From: an uncultured Acidimicrobiia bacterium
GTDB taxonomy: Bacteria > Actinomycetota > Acidimicrobiia > Acidimicrobiales > AC-14
Length of the DNA: 64,000 nt
Assembly: GCA_963836205.1 (NCBI GenBank)
Contig: CAWIIV010000017.1
Span: 64,001 to 128,000 of the forward strand
Direction of reading: 5' to 3'
Below, one piece after another: positions 31,336 through 42,043 of the stretch; position 1 is the first letter of the stretch, and each line of letters starts with the position of its first letter. A model generated the notes under the pieces. That model did not search any database, was not told the origin of the DNA, and saw only the letters and a list, made by a program, of their open reading frames with translations. Position numbers and translations under genes: made by a program.

Positions 31336-32730
31336 ATGGCCGAGATCGACCTGGTCGGCGTCACCAAGCGGTTCCCCGACGGCACCACCGCCGTCAAGGA
31401 CGTCACCTTCACCATCCACGACGGCGAGTTCTTCATCCTGGTGGGGCCGTCGGGGTGCGGGAAGTCGACCCTGCTCAACATGATCGTGGGCCTGGAGGAG
31501 ATCAGCGACGGCGAGCTCAAGGTCGACGGGACGGTCGTCAACGACGTCGACCCCAAGGACCGCAACATGGCCATGGTGTTCCAGAGCTACGCCCTCTATC
31601 CGCACATGACCGTCCGGGAGAACATCTCCTTTCCCCTGCGGCTGGCCAAGATGTCCGACGCCGAGATCGACAAGCGGGTGGACGAGGCGGCCCGCATCCT
31701 CCAGCTGGGCGAGCTGCTCGACCGCAAGCCGGCCAACCTGTCCGGGGGCCAGCGGCAGCGGGTGGCCATGGGCCGGGCCATCGTGCGGGAGCCGGCCGCG
31801 TTCCTCATGGACGAGCCCCTGTCCAACCTCGACGCCAAGTTGCGGGTGCAGACACGCACCGAGATCGCCCGCCTCCAGAACCGGCTCAAGACCACCACCG
31901 TCTACGTCACCCACGACCAGACCGAGGCCATGACCCTCGGCGACCGGATCGCGTTGATGCGGCGGGGCGTGGTGCAGCAGCTGGGGACGCCCCGCGAGCT
32001 CTACGAGCAGCCGACCAACCTGTTCGTGGCCGGCTTCATCGGGTCCCCGGCCATGAACTTCCTGCGGGCGGAGGCGTCGGGCTCGCGGGTCAAGCTCCCC
32101 ATGGTCGACGTCGACCTGCCCGCGGCCGGCGGGACCGGCGATCGGGCCGGGACCGGGGCCGGCGCCCGGACGGTGATCGCCGGCATCCGGCCCGAGAACT
32201 TCGAGGACGCCGCCCTCGTGCCCGGCGACGACCTGGGCCACGGGGCCACGTTCACGGCCACCATCGAGGTGGTGGAGTGGATGGGGTCGGAGCTGTACGT
32301 CTACTTCACCGTGGGCGGGGCGGCGGCGTCGGAGTTGGGTCGCCACGCCGACCTGTCGGCCGACGACGTCCGGTCGAGCGACGAGGGCACCCAGGTGGTG
32401 GCCCGCCTGGAACGGGCCAGCCAGGCCCGGGCCGGTCAGGAGCTGGAGCTGTGGCTCGACGCCCGCGCACTCCACCTGTTCGACCCCGAGAGCGGCGAGC
32501 GGCTCAGCGGTCCCCAGGAGGAGGCGACCCCTCCGCCGGCGCAGCGTCAGACCCAGACGCAGGGCCAGCCGCCGGAGGGCCCGGCACCGGCGGAGGCGGC
32601 GGCGTCGGAAGCGACGGTGCCGTCGGAGCCGGAGGCGGATCGGACGGAGACGGTCGAGCGGCCGGTGGCTCCGGCGCAGGCGGCGACGGATCCGCCCCCT
32701 TCCCGGCCCGCCGGCGCACCCACCGGTTGA
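31336..32730 (+). CDS. sugar ABC transporter ATP-binding protein (SugC/MalK-like)
   Basis: GPSGCGKS, LSGGQRQR, DEPLSNLD, THDQ; Pro/Ala/Glu-rich tail. Confidence 0.95.
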   Translation: MAEIDLVGVTKRFPDGTTAVKDVTFTIHDGEFFILVGPSGCGKSTLLNMIVGLEEISDGELKVDGTVVNDVDPKDRNMAMVFQSYALYPHMTVRENISFPLRLAKMSDAEIDKRVDEAARILQLGELLDRKPANLSGGQRQRVAMGRAIVREPAAFLMDEPLSNLDAKLRVQTRTEIARLQNRLKTTTVYVTHDQTEAMTLGDRIALMRRGVVQQLGTPRELYEQPTNLFVAGFIGSPAMNFLRAEASGSRVKLPMVDVDLPAAGGTGDRAGTGAGARTVIAGIRPENFEDAALVPGDDLGHGATFTATIEVVEWMGSELYVYFTVGGAAASELGRHADLSADDVRSSDEGTQVVARLERASQARAGQELELWLDARALHLFDPESGERLSGPQEEATPPPAQRQTQTQGQPPEGPAPAEAAASEATVPSEPEADRTETVERPVAPAQAATDPPPSRPAGAPTG

Positions 32731-32800
32731 TCGTCCCGAACAGCCGGGAGATCGGGTCGGGGAAGATCCCCGGTTCGCCTTCGACGATGGAGTTCCGCAC

Positions 32801-33655
32801 TCACACCCTCCCCCGGAGGTGTTCGATCACCTCTGCGTCCCACGAGTGGGTCCGCAGCAGACGGTACCGGGCGTCGGCCAGGCGCAGGTAGACGTCGGTG
32901 TCGGTCTCGCCCGGCCGGACCAGCCCGGCTTCCCGGAGGAGGACGACCGCCGGCTCGTACTCGTCCCGGAACCAGCACTGGCCTACGTCGGCCCGGGCGA
33001 CAGGGTCTCCGAGGGACTGCTGGAGCCTGAAGCCCCACGCCTCCACCCCCTCCGCCAGGCGGGCGTAGCTCTCGGGGCTGGCCACCTGGATGCGGGTTCG
33101 CTGCTCGGCGGACAGGGGCACCCGCTCCAGGAAGAAGCGCTCGTGGGTCTTGAGGGGCAGGTCGGTGACCCGCAGGTCGGTGGTGGCCCCCGCCTGGGTG
33201 AGGATCTCGGTGACATAGGCGTCGATCACCTCCAGCCCGGCCGCCTTGGCCACCGAGACCCGGTGGTGGCCGTCGCGGACGAAGTGGGCCTCCCCCACCC
33301 GGTAGGCGGAGATGGGCTCGAGCGGCTCGCCCCGGCGCATGGCCGCCGCCGAGCGCACCCAGCGCTCCCGGGACTTGGTCGACGTGGGGCGGAAGTCGCG
33401 GTCGAACTCGCCGTCGGTGCGGTCGACGGTGCCCACGATGGAGTCGAGGCGGACCGGCTGCAGCCCGAGGTCGCGCTCGCCGGTGCGGCCGAGGGCGGCG
33501 ACCACCTCGTCGAAGGGAAGGATGGCGTTGACGTCGGTGGGCTGGCGGCGGACCCATCGGGCCAGCCGGGCGAGCACCTCCCGCTGGCGGACCTGGTCGA
33601 AGTCGTCCTTGGCGTCGGCCTCGACGTTGCCGGTGCTGAGCCGCCTGCGGGGCAT
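32801..33655 (-). CDS. ParB/Srx-like domain protein
   Basis: SIVGTVDR...FDRDFRP...FVRDGHHRVSVA. Confidence 0.75.
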   Translation of the reverse strand: MPRRRLSTGNVEADAKDDFDQVRQREVLARLARWVRRQPTDVNAILPFDEVVAALGRTGERDLGLQPVRLDSIVGTVDRTDGEFDRDFRPTSTKSRERWVRSAAAMRRGEPLEPISAYRVGEAHFVRDGHHRVSVAKAAGLEVIDAYVTEILTQAGATTDLRVTDLPLKTHERFFLERVPLSAEQRTRIQVASPESYARLAEGVEAWGFRLQQSLGDPVARADVGQCWFRDEYEPAVVLLREAGLVRPGETDTDVYLRLADARYRLLRTHSWDAEVIEHLRGRV

Positions 33656-33703
33656 CGCAGAGGGTTCTACCCCCCCGGCGCCGGGTCCAAGTAACGTTGC
33701 CGG

Positions 33704-34039
33704 ATGGAGGTCGCCCGCGCCGTCGGATTGTTCGGGCTGGCCGGCCTGGCCGAGATCGGCGGCGGCTGGCTGGTGTGGCGCTGGCTGCGCGACGGCGCCG
33801 GCTGGGCCGTGGGCATGATCGGAGCCCTCGTCCTGGTGGCCTACGGGGTGATCCCCACCCTCCAACGGGATGACTCCCTCGGCTGGGTCTACGCCGCCTA
33901 CGGAGGGGTCTTCGTGGTGATCGCGCTGCTGTGGGGCTGGTGGCTCGACGGCGACCGCCCCGACCGCTGGGACATCGTCGGCGCCCTGGCCGTGTCCGTC
34001 GGCGTCGGCCTGCTCTTCTTCGGCCCCCGCCCCCTCTGA
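33704..34039 (+). CDS. ynfA: YnfA (UPF0060) small membrane protein
   Basis: LAEIGGGWLVW, YAAYGGVF, PDRWD. Confidence 0.9.
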   Translation: MEVARAVGLFGLAGLAEIGGGWLVWRWLRDGAGWAVGMIGALVLVAYGVIPTLQRDDSLGWVYAAYGGVFVVIALLWGWWLDGDRPDRWDIVGALAVSVGVGLLFFGPRPL

Positions 34040-34078
34040 GGGTCAAGTCTTCGGCCCGACGCGCCGAAGGCAACAGAG

Positions 34079-35404
34079 GTGAAGGCGACTCCGGCGGGCG
34101 GCGACGATGACCCGCGCTACCTGATTCCGCCCCTGGCCCCGCCAGGTCGGCGGGTTCCGGCGGTGACGTGGTTCCGCGCCGCGGCGTTGGCAGTGGTCGT
34201 GGCCCTGGTCGCCGTCGTGGTGACATTCGACTCCCCCCCGGCCGCCGACCACGTGGCGGCAAGCGAGAGCGCCCGCCAACCCCGCGCCTCCGGCTCCCCC
34301 CTCGTTCCCCCGTCGCCGACGGCAGCCTCGAGCATCACGACCCCGACCACCCTCGGGGAACCCCCGACGACCCTGGCCGGGACGGAAGCGGCACCCCTGT
34401 CGACCTCGCCCGTCGTCTCGACGGTTGCGGGGACGGCTCCCGCCGGGCAGCCGTCGTTCCCGCCGCCGCCGTTCCCCTTCCCGTCGACGACGATCCTGAC
34501 GCCGACCGATCCCCGGATGAGCCTGTTCCCGGTCCCGACCGCGGGCGGCCACCCCTACGGGTTGGTGCTCGGGCCCGACGACAACATGTGGTTCACCGAG
34601 AGCAATCGGGACGTGGTCGCCCGTATCACGCGGGACGGGGTAGTTACCGAGTTCCACACGCCTACCCCCCACAGCCAGCCCACCTCCATCGTCGCCGGGC
34701 CCGACGGCAACCTCTGGTTCGTCGAGAAGTCGGGCAACAACGTCGGGCGAATCACCACCGCCGGCGTCATCACCGAGTTCCCGATCCCCACGCCCTACAG
34801 CAACCCCGAAACGGGGATGGTGGTCGGTCCCGACGGTGCGATCTGGTTCGCCGAGACCGGTGCCGGCCGGCTCGGGCGGGTCACGATGGCAGGCGAGGTC
34901 ACCGAGTTCTCCGCGGGCGACGATTCGACCCCGATGCAACTGGTGGTCGGAGCCGACGGAAATCTGTGGTTCCTGATGCAGAACCGGTTCAAGTTGGCCC
35001 GAATGACGACGGCCGGCGTGGTCACCGAGTTCGCCCTGGGGGCGGTGGGGTACTCCGCCAGCGCCCTCGCTGTCGACTCCGATGGCAACCTCTGGTACCA
35101 GGAGCTGAAGCGGGAGGACGTACCCGGCCCCCGGAGCCGGCTCGTACGCCGGAACCCGGCCGGCCACGTCACCCCCTTCGCCCTCCCCAACGACGCCACC
35201 ACCATCCTCGGCATCGTCGAGGGCCCCGACGGAACGATCTGGCTGGGCCAGACCACATCCGACCGGATCGGACGCCTCGGTGTCGACGGCACGATCACCG
35301 AGATCGAGGCGCCCACACCTGAGATCCTGGCCTTCGGCGCGGGAGGCGACCTCTGGTTCACGACCGGGCCGGCCAACGTCGTCGGCCGGCTCCGATTCGC
35401 CTGA
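34079..35404 (+). CDS. membrane-anchored Vgb (virginiamycin B lyase)-like beta-propeller protein
   Basis: Repeated GPDGNLWF...GRIT..G.ITEF units after a TM and Pro/Thr linker. Confidence 0.85.
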   Translation: MKATPAGGDDDPRYLIPPLAPPGRRVPAVTWFRAAALAVVVALVAVVVTFDSPPAADHVAASESARQPRASGSPLVPPSPTAASSITTPTTLGEPPTTLAGTEAAPLSTSPVVSTVAGTAPAGQPSFPPPPFPFPSTTILTPTDPRMSLFPVPTAGGHPYGLVLGPDDNMWFTESNRDVVARITRDGVVTEFHTPTPHSQPTSIVAGPDGNLWFVEKSGNNVGRITTAGVITEFPIPTPYSNPETGMVVGPDGAIWFAETGAGRLGRVTMAGEVTEFSAGDDSTPMQLVVGADGNLWFLMQNRFKLARMTTAGVVTEFALGAVGYSASALAVDSDGNLWYQELKREDVPGPRSRLVRRNPAGHVTPFALPNDATTILGIVEGPDGTIWLGQTTSDRIGRLGVDGTITEIEAPTPEILAFGAGGDLWFTTGPANVVGRLRFA

Positions 35405-35553
35405 CTTCCCGCCCCCGCGCGGGTCCGGGCGCCGGGGGGATGTGTGAAGAACTGATTTCGGGCTACCTCCCCGGCGGCTGCCTTCGGTACCATCCCGGTG
35501 GGGCAACAAGGGGTTTGAAGCAAACAACGCTTCGAATTGGGGGTTTTCGACCG

Positions 35554-35958
35554 GTGGCTACGTTCATCGACCAGGTTCGCTGTGGAGAGTGTGAGGCGGG
35601 GCTCACGCTGGAGGCGCGCAGCGTCGTGCTCCAGCGGTACCGGCGCCAGCCGTGGCTGCGGCATTTCTGGGTGCACTGCGACGTCTGCGCCGCGCACAAG
35701 CTGTACTGGCCCACGCTCCGCCAGATGCGGCTGGCCGAGCGGCTCCGGTGCCGGACGGTCACCAACGAGTCGGCGCCCACCGATGTGAGCTCGTCGTACG
35801 CCAAGTCGAAGGGCATCCCCGCCTCGGGGTCGGGGGCTCCGCTCGTCATCCCCAACCGGGAGCTGGGCTTCCTCCTGCAGATGCTGGCCGCGACCAGCGG
35901 GCCGGCGCCCGGCAAGGCGCCGACCCACTCGTACCTCCCCGCCAGCTGGTCGAACTAG
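35554..35958 (+). CDS. hypothetical protein with two CxxC motifs
   Basis: CGEC and CDVC; start uncertain. Confidence 0.55.
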   Translation: MATFIDQVRCGECEAGLTLEARSVVLQRYRRQPWLRHFWVHCDVCAAHKLYWPTLRQMRLAERLRCRTVTNESAPTDVSSSYAKSKGIPASGSGAPLVIPNRELGFLLQMLAATSGPAPGKAPTHSYLPASWSN

Positions 35959-35979
35959 CGGAGCTCGCCCGCCACCGCC

Positions 35980-36236
35980 CTAATGGCTGGCGATGGCGGC
36001 CAGGATGTCGAGCTTGGCCGCCCGGCGGGCGGGACCGACGGCGGCCAGCACCCCGGCCACCGACGCCAGGACCACGATCACCGTCAGCTGTCCCGGAGGC
36101 ACCACCAGGGGGATGGGCCGGTCGCCCTCGATAGCGGAGATGATCCCCCACGAGCCGGCGACGGCCAGGATGAAGCCGAGGAACGTCCCCATGAGGGCGA
36201 TCATCACCGACTCCCAGCGGATGGCGCTGCGCACCT
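35980..36236 (-). pseudogene. C-terminal fragment of an FtsX-like ABC permease
   Basis: VRSAIRWESVMIA...GPARRAAKLDILAAI with no N-terminal part. Confidence 0.75.
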
Positions 36237-36460
36237 GGGGCCCCGACGTAGGCGATGGTGGCCACGGTGACCACCACCAGCACCGCGATCGGGAAACGCC
36301 GGCGAAGGGCGAGGGCGCCGAAGCCGGTGACCACCAGGACCACCGCCAGGGCGTCGGTGGGGGTGGGATTGGCGGGTGTGGGCTCGGCGGTGAGGCTGAT
36401 CAGGCCCGGCACCAGCACCAGGGCGGCGAGGATCGAGTCCACCACCAGGGGAGTGGCCCC
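36237..36460 (-). pseudogene. N-terminal TM fragment of a sensor histidine kinase
   Basis: PLVVDSILAALV...LALRRRFPIAVLVVV, typical actinobacterial kinase input region; breaks off near 36240. Confidence 0.55.
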
Positions 36461-36592
36461 CGGAGCCGGGCCCACAGTCGTCGCACACCCTGACCCTACG
36501 GCGGCCCGCGCGTCACCGGCGTCGGCCCCCGGGGCTGAACGACCCGTACTCCGCGGGGACGAGGCGGGAGCACACGGTCCCGCCGGGAAGGA

Positions 36593-36608
36593 AGTTGAAC
36601 GTTCAACT
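36593..36608. promoter_or_regulatory. perfect 16-bp palindrome AGTTGAACGTTCAACT, putative operator
   Basis: AT-rich palindrome about 57 bp upstream of the pirin start. Confidence 0.7.
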
Positions 36609-36664
36609 GTTAACTCCGGACGTAGTGTTCCTTGCAGACGGAACGCTTTCCAAGGAGGCCAGCC

Positions 36665-37630
36665 ATGCCTGCTGTCACCGTCGACAACGTCCTCACCCTG
36701 CCCCGGATCGACCGTCCCGTTGCGCAGGCAGCCACCGAGCGCCCGGTGGTTTCCGTCACCAGCGCCCCCAGCGGGTTCGAGGGCGAGGGGTTCCCGGTGC
36801 GCCGGGCCTTCGCCGGGGTCGACCTGGCCCTCCTCGACCCCTTCATCCATATGGACCAGATGGGCGAGGTCGAGTACGGCCCGGGCGAGGCCAAGGGCAC
36901 GTCGTGGCATCCCCACCGTGGCTTCGAGACCGCGACCTACATCATCGACGGCACCTTCGAGCACCAGGACAACGCCGGTGGTGGCGGGGTGATCACCAAC
37001 GGCGACACCCAGTGGATGACGGCCGGCGCCGGCATCCAGCACATCGAGCGCCCGCCGGACGCCCTGGTCCAGAGCGGGGGGACCTTCCACGGCCTCCAGC
37101 TGTGGGTCAACCTGCCCAAGGCCCAGAAGTGGGAGGCGCCCCGCTACCAGGACATCGGCGCCGGCCGGGCCACCCTGCTCACCACCCCCGACGGCGGCGC
37201 ATTGGTACGGGTGATCGCGGGCGACATCGCCGGCCACCTCGGGCCGGGGGTCACCCACACGCCGATGGCGTTCGTCCACGCCACCCTCAGCCCGGGCGCC
37301 GAGCTGGTCCTCCCGTGGGATCAAGACTTCAACGCCCTCGTCTACGCCCTCAACGGCGAGGGAACTGTTGGTTCCGGCCGGCGCCCGTTCCGGATGGGAC
37401 AGCTGGCCGTGTTCGGCAGGGGCGACTTCGTCACCGTCGCCGCCTCCGAGCGCCAGGAGAGCCGCAGCCCCAACCTCGACGTGATCGTCCTCGGCGGACG
37501 GCCGATCCGCGAGCCGATCGCCTGGTACGGGCCGTTCGTGATGAACACCCGGGAGGAAGTCATCCAGGCCATGGACGACTTCCACGCCGGCCGTCTGGGC
37601 ACCGTCCCCGCCTCCAGCCTCAAGGCGTAG
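36665..37630 (+). CDS. pirin family protein
   Basis: DPFIHMD, HPHRGFET, WMTAGAGIQHIE, YGPFVMN; AAGGAGG RBS. Confidence 0.95.
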   Translation: MPAVTVDNVLTLPRIDRPVAQAATERPVVSVTSAPSGFEGEGFPVRRAFAGVDLALLDPFIHMDQMGEVEYGPGEAKGTSWHPHRGFETATYIIDGTFEHQDNAGGGGVITNGDTQWMTAGAGIQHIERPPDALVQSGGTFHGLQLWVNLPKAQKWEAPRYQDIGAGRATLLTTPDGGALVRVIAGDIAGHLGPGVTHTPMAFVHATLSPGAELVLPWDQDFNALVYALNGEGTVGSGRRPFRMGQLAVFGRGDFVTVAASERQESRSPNLDVIVLGGRPIREPIAWYGPFVMNTREEVIQAMDDFHAGRLGTVPASSLKA

Positions 37631-37643
37631 TGGCGCCGGCAGC

Positions 37644-38117
37644 GTGAACACCGTCGACGACCTGGCCCCGTTCGTGGGGACGTGGCGGGGCCGGGGCGAA
37701 GGCGAGTACCCCACCATCGAGCCGTTCGGCTACTCCGAGGAGCTGGTGGTGGCGCCGGTGCCGGGACGACCGCTCCTCACGTGGACGTGCCGCACCCGAG
37801 ACGTCGAGGGCAACGCCCGCCACGCCGAGTCCGGCTTCGTACGGGCGGTCGCCGAGGGGGTGGAGCTGGTTCTGGCCCACAATTTCGGCCTGGTGGAGGT
37901 GGCGGTGGGTTCGGTCGGCGACGGCCGGCTCGAGGTGGACAGCCTCTCGACGACCGGCACCCCGACAGCCAAGGACGTGGCCGCCATTCGCCGCCGGTAC
38001 GTGGTCGACGGCGACGAGCTCCGCTACCAGATCGCCATGGCCGCGGTGGGGGTCCCCCTCACCCACCACCTGCGGGCGACGCTCACCCGGGTCGCCCCGA
38101 CCCCGACTGGCCGGTAG
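37644..38117 (+). CDS. FABP/nitrobindin (DUF1794) family protein
   Basis: [27 protein letters not shown]. Confidence 0.85.
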   Translation: MNTVDDLAPFVGTWRGRGEGEYPTIEPFGYSEELVVAPVPGRPLLTWTCRTRDVEGNARHAESGFVRAVAEGVELVLAHNFGLVEVAVGSVGDGRLEVDSLSTTGTPTAKDVAAIRRRYVVDGDELRYQIAMAAVGVPLTHHLRATLTRVAPTPTGR

Positions 38118-38149
38118 TCCCGCGCACTCCCGCCGGGTACGGTGACAGC

Positions 38150-39397
38150 GTGGCTGAGCCCAGGGTGCTGGCGATGGTGCTGGCCGGCGGCGAAGGCAAG
38201 CGCCTCTTCCCGCTCACGGCCGACCGGGCCAAGCCTGCGGTCCCCTTCGGCGGGCACTACCGGCTGATCGACTTCGCCCTGTCCAACCTGGCCAACGGCG
38301 GGTACCTGCGCATCGTCGTGCTCACCCAGTACAAGTCCCACAGCCTCGACCTCCACATCAGCCGCACGTGGCGCCTGTCGACGCTGCTCGACACCTACGT
38401 CACCCCGGTGCCGGCCCAGATGCGCCGTGGGCCGCGGTGGTTCGCAGGGTCGGCCGACGCCATCTTCCAGAACCTCAACCTCATCGGCGACGACCGCCCC
38501 GACTACATCTGCGTCTTCGGGGCCGACCACATCTACCGCATGGACCCCCGCCAGATGGTCGAGCAGCACGTGGCCACCGGGGCGGGCGTCACCGTGGCGG
38601 CTATCCGGGTGCCGAAGGACGAGTCCACCAGCTTCGGGGTCCTCGAGGCCGGGCCGGGCACGACCATCGCCGCCTTCAAGGAGAAGCCCCACGAGGTCGA
38701 GGGCCTGCCCGACGCCCCCGACCAGATCTTCGCGTCCATGGGCAACTACGTCTTCACCACCTCGACCCTCGTCGACGCCGTCACCCAGGACTCCGACGAC
38801 GAGGAGTCGCTCCACGACCTCGGGGGCGACATCATCCCCATGCTGGTCAAGGCGGGCCAGGCCCACTTCTACGACTTCACCAACAACGACGTGCCCGGCG
38901 TCACCGAGCGGGAACGGGGCTACTGGCGCGACGTGGGCACGCTCGACGCCTACTACGACGCCCACATGGACCTGGTGTCGGTCCACCCCGTGTTCAACCT
39001 CTACAACCGGTGGTGGCCGATCCACACGTCGGTGCGCCAGCTGCCGCCGGCCAAGTTCGTGCACGAGGCCGGCGAACGCACCGGGCGGGCGGTGAACTCG
39101 CTCGTCTGCGCCGGCGCCATCGTCTCCGGGGGCCTGGTGCGGGGCTCGGTGCTGTCGCCCGGCGTCATGTGCGACGACCACTCCCTGGTGGAGGACTCGG
39201 TGCTGCTCGACGACGTGGTGGTGGGGGCGGGCGCCATCGTCCGCCGGGCCATCATCGACAAGAACGTGATCATCCCCGCCGGGGCCCGCGTCGGCGTCGA
39301 CCACGAGGACGACGCCGACCAGTACAACATCTCGCAGCACGGGGTGGTGGTCGTCGGCAAGGGACGGAAGGTGGCGGGCCCCCTCCCCCGCCGGTGA
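38150..39397 (+). CDS. glgC: glucose-1-phosphate adenylyltransferase
   Basis: [39 protein letters not shown]. Confidence 0.96.
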   Translation: MAEPRVLAMVLAGGEGKRLFPLTADRAKPAVPFGGHYRLIDFALSNLANGGYLRIVVLTQYKSHSLDLHISRTWRLSTLLDTYVTPVPAQMRRGPRWFAGSADAIFQNLNLIGDDRPDYICVFGADHIYRMDPRQMVEQHVATGAGVTVAAIRVPKDESTSFGVLEAGPGTTIAAFKEKPHEVEGLPDAPDQIFASMGNYVFTTSTLVDAVTQDSDDEESLHDLGGDIIPMLVKAGQAHFYDFTNNDVPGVTERERGYWRDVGTLDAYYDAHMDLVSVHPVFNLYNRWWPIHTSVRQLPPAKFVHEAGERTGRAVNSLVCAGAIVSGGLVRGSVLSPGVMCDDHSLVEDSVLLDDVVVGAGAIVRRAIIDKNVIIPAGARVGVDHEDDADQYNISQHGVVVVGKGRKVAGPLPRR

Positions 39398-40587
39398 GGG
39401 TCGCCCTCCTGACCCGGGAGTACCCGCCCGAGGTCTACGGCGGGGCCGGGGTCCACGCCGCCTACCTCAGCCGCGAGCTGGCCCGCGTGGTCGACCTCGA
39501 CGTCCACTGCTTCGGGGCGCCCCGGGACGCGGCCAACGTCACCGCCTACGAGGCGTGGCCCGAGGTCGCCGCCGGCCCCAACGGCGACGTGCTCGGCGTG
39601 TTGTCGGTCGACCTGGCCATGGCCGCCGCCACCGCCGGCGCCGACCTCGTCCACACCCACACCTGGTACGCCAACCTGGGCGGGCACCTGGCCAAGGTTC
39701 TCCACGGCATCCCCCACGTGCTGACCACCCACAGCCTGGAGCCGCGCCGGCCGTGGAAGGCAGAGCAGCTGGGCGCGGGCTACGCCCTGTCGTCGTGGTG
39801 CGAGCGCACCGCCATCGAGGCGGCCGACGCCGTCGTCGCCGTGTCCGCCGGCATGCGGGCCGACATCCTCGAGACCTACCCCGCGGTCGACCCGGCGCGG
39901 GTGGTCGTCATCCCCAACGGGATCGACCCCGACGAGTACCAGCCCGACCCCGGCACCGACCTGCTCGTCCGCCTGGGCATCGACCCCGACCGGCCCTCGG
40001 TGGTCTTCGTCGGCCGCATGACCCGGCAGAAGGGCATCGACCACGCCTTGGAGGCGTCCGTCCACATCGACCCCTCGGCCCAGGTGGTGTTGTGCGCGGG
40101 GGCGCCCGACACGCCCGAGATCGGCGCCGAGCTCCGGCGGCGTGCCCTCGAGCGGCCGAACGTCGTGTGGGTGGAGGAGATGGTCCCCCGCACGACCCTC
40201 GTCCAGATCCTCAGCCACGCCTCGGTGTTCCTGTGCCCGTCGGTCTACGAGCCGTTCGGGATCACCAACCTGGAGGCCATGGCCTGCGAGGTGCCGGTGG
40301 TGGCCAGCGCGGTGGGCGGCATCCCCGAGGTGGTGGTCGACGGGGAGACGGGCTTCCTCGTGCCGATCGAGGTCGACGAGGACGGGTTGCCGGTCGATCC
40401 CGCCCGCTTCGCCCGCCGGCTGGCGGCCCGGGTGAACCAGCTGCTGGCCGACCCGGCCGCCGCCGGGGCCATGGGCCGGGCCGGCCGCCGCCGGGTGCTC
40501 GAGCACTTCAGCTGGCCCAGCATCGCCGCTCGCACGGTGGAGCTGTACGAGCGGGTGTTGGGCGTCGGCGTCACACCGGCGGGCTGA
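39394..40587 (+). CDS. glgA: glycogen synthase / alpha-maltose-1-phosphate synthase (GT4)
   Basis: [36 protein letters not shown]. Confidence 0.92.
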   Translation: MRVALLTREYPPEVYGGAGVHAAYLSRELARVVDLDVHCFGAPRDAANVTAYEAWPEVAAGPNGDVLGVLSVDLAMAAATAGADLVHTHTWYANLGGHLAKVLHGIPHVLTTHSLEPRRPWKAEQLGAGYALSSWCERTAIEAADAVVAVSAGMRADILETYPAVDPARVVVIPNGIDPDEYQPDPGTDLLVRLGIDPDRPSVVFVGRMTRQKGIDHALEASVHIDPSAQVVLCAGAPDTPEIGAELRRRALERPNVVWVEEMVPRTTLVQILSHASVFLCPSVYEPFGITNLEAMACEVPVVASAVGGIPEVVVDGETGFLVPIEVDEDGLPVDPARFARRLAARVNQLLADPAAAGAMGRAGRRRVLEHFSWPSIAARTVELYERVLGVGVTPAG

Positions 40588-41560
40588 CCTCCCGCTTCTC
40601 GGCCCGCAGTGAGGCGAGGACCGCCACCGTGAGGGACAGGGTGATGACGATCAGGCTGAGCCACGTCGGGAAGTGGTACAGCTCGGTGATCAGCATCTTG
40701 ATCCCCACGAAGCCGAGGACCACGCCCAGCCCGATGTTGAGGTAGCGGAACCGCCCGGCCATCCCGGCCAGGCAGAAGTACAAGGCCCGCAGGCCCAGGA
40801 TGGCGAAGGCGTTGGAGGCGAAGACGATGAACTCCTCCCGGCTCACGGCCAGGATGGCGGGGATCGAGTCGACCGCGAACACCACGTCGGTCGTCTCGAT
40901 CAGGATCAGGACGGCGAACAGCGGCGTGGCCAGGCGCACCCCGGTGCGGCGGGTGAACATCTTCTGCCCGTCGTACTCGCTGGTGGACGGGACCAGCTTC
41001 CGCACGATCTTGAGCGCGGGGTTCTTGTCGGGATGGACCTCGGCGTCGCCGTGGCGGGCGATCTTGACCGCGGTGTACAGGAGGAAGGCCCCGAAGATGT
41101 AGAGGATCCATTCGAAGGACTCGATCAGGGCCACGCCGGCGAAGATGAAGACGGCCCGCAGGACGAGGGCGCCGAAGATGCCCCAGAACAGGACTCGGAA
41201 CTGGTACTCCCGGGGCACCCCGAAGTAGCTGAAGATCACCGCCCAGACGAAGACGTTGTCGACCGAGAGGCTCTTCTCGATGAGGTAGCCGCTCAGGTAC
41301 TCGCCGGCGGCCGTGCCTCCCTGCCACCAGAGCATGACGAACGTGAACGACAGACCGATGGCGATCCAGACGGCCGACTCGATGGCCGCCTCCCGGAAGG
41401 TGATGACGTGAGCCGTGCGGTGGACGAGGAGGAGGTCGGCCACCAACATCGTGACCAACACCGCCAACAGCGCGCCCCACACCCAGAGGGGAACGTCGAA
41501 GGAGGCGAAGGTGGCGGCGTCGGCACCGTCGGCAGCGGCGGCCAACAGGGGGGTGAGCAA
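40571..41560 (-). CDS. TerC/Alx family metal-homeostasis membrane protein
   Basis: EKSLSVDN, FAVDSIPA, SNAFAILGLRALYF. Confidence 0.93.
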   Translation of the reverse strand: MLTPLLAAAADGADAATFASFDVPLWVWGALLAVLVTMLVADLLLVHRTAHVITFREAAIESAVWIAIGLSFTFVMLWWQGGTAAGEYLSGYLIEKSLSVDNVFVWAVIFSYFGVPREYQFRVLFWGIFGALVLRAVFIFAGVALIESFEWILYIFGAFLLYTAVKIARHGDAEVHPDKNPALKIVRKLVPSTSEYDGQKMFTRRTGVRLATPLFAVLILIETTDVVFAVDSIPAILAVSREEFIVFASNAFAILGLRALYFCLAGMAGRFRYLNIGLGVVLGFVGIKMLITELYHFPTWLSLIVITLSLTVAVLASLRAEKREVSPPV

Positions 41561-41656
41561 GGAATTCCCTTTCGGAGGTGGAGGGCCACGAGTGCTCGTG
41601 GGGAGGCCGGTCGGGCGGTGCGGTCGCCGGCAGCGGGGCGGCAGCCGGGCAGGGGT

Positions 41657-42043
41657 TCAGACCGCCGGCAGCGGCGGCCCCCGGTCGCCACCCGCCCGGC
41701 GGCCCGTCGACGAGCGGACCACCGGCCCGGGAGGGGGGACGAAGCGGCCGGCAAGCGCGAGCCCGGTGACGATGACGGCAGCCGCCAACACCGCCGCCGG
41801 AACCGTCGGAGACCGGCGGGCGGCGTCGACCGGACGGTACGCGTCGGCCAGCGCCAACCCGGGGTTTGGCCCGATTCTGACGAGCCCCTCGACCGTTGTC
41901 GCACCGACGGACCGGGCCGGCTGTCCGGCCGTCCGCCCTGCCGCGAGGACGACCGCGACCAGGGCGACCAGGGCGAAGGCGGCGATGCCGGCAGCGGTCG
42001 CCGGTCGCCGGTGGGGATGCGGGAGACGGGTGGGAGGTCGCAT
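41657..42043 (-). CDS. putative leader/arrest ORF with N-terminal TM and C-terminal RGPP
   Basis: 128 aa ending ...RAGGDRGPPLPAV*, about 96 bp upstream of terC. Confidence 0.55.
   Translation of the reverse strand: MRPPTRLPHPHRRPATAAGIAAFALVALVAVVLAAGRTAGQPARSVGATTVEGLVRIGPNPGLALADAYRPVDAARRSPTVPAAVLAAAVIVTGLALAGRFVPPPGPVVRSSTGRRAGGDRGPPLPAV

Noticed and set aside
34519-35400. Streptogramin resistance gene vgb
   Set aside because: Membrane-anchored propeller with a long linker; the repeat family is widespread and resistance cannot be inferred.
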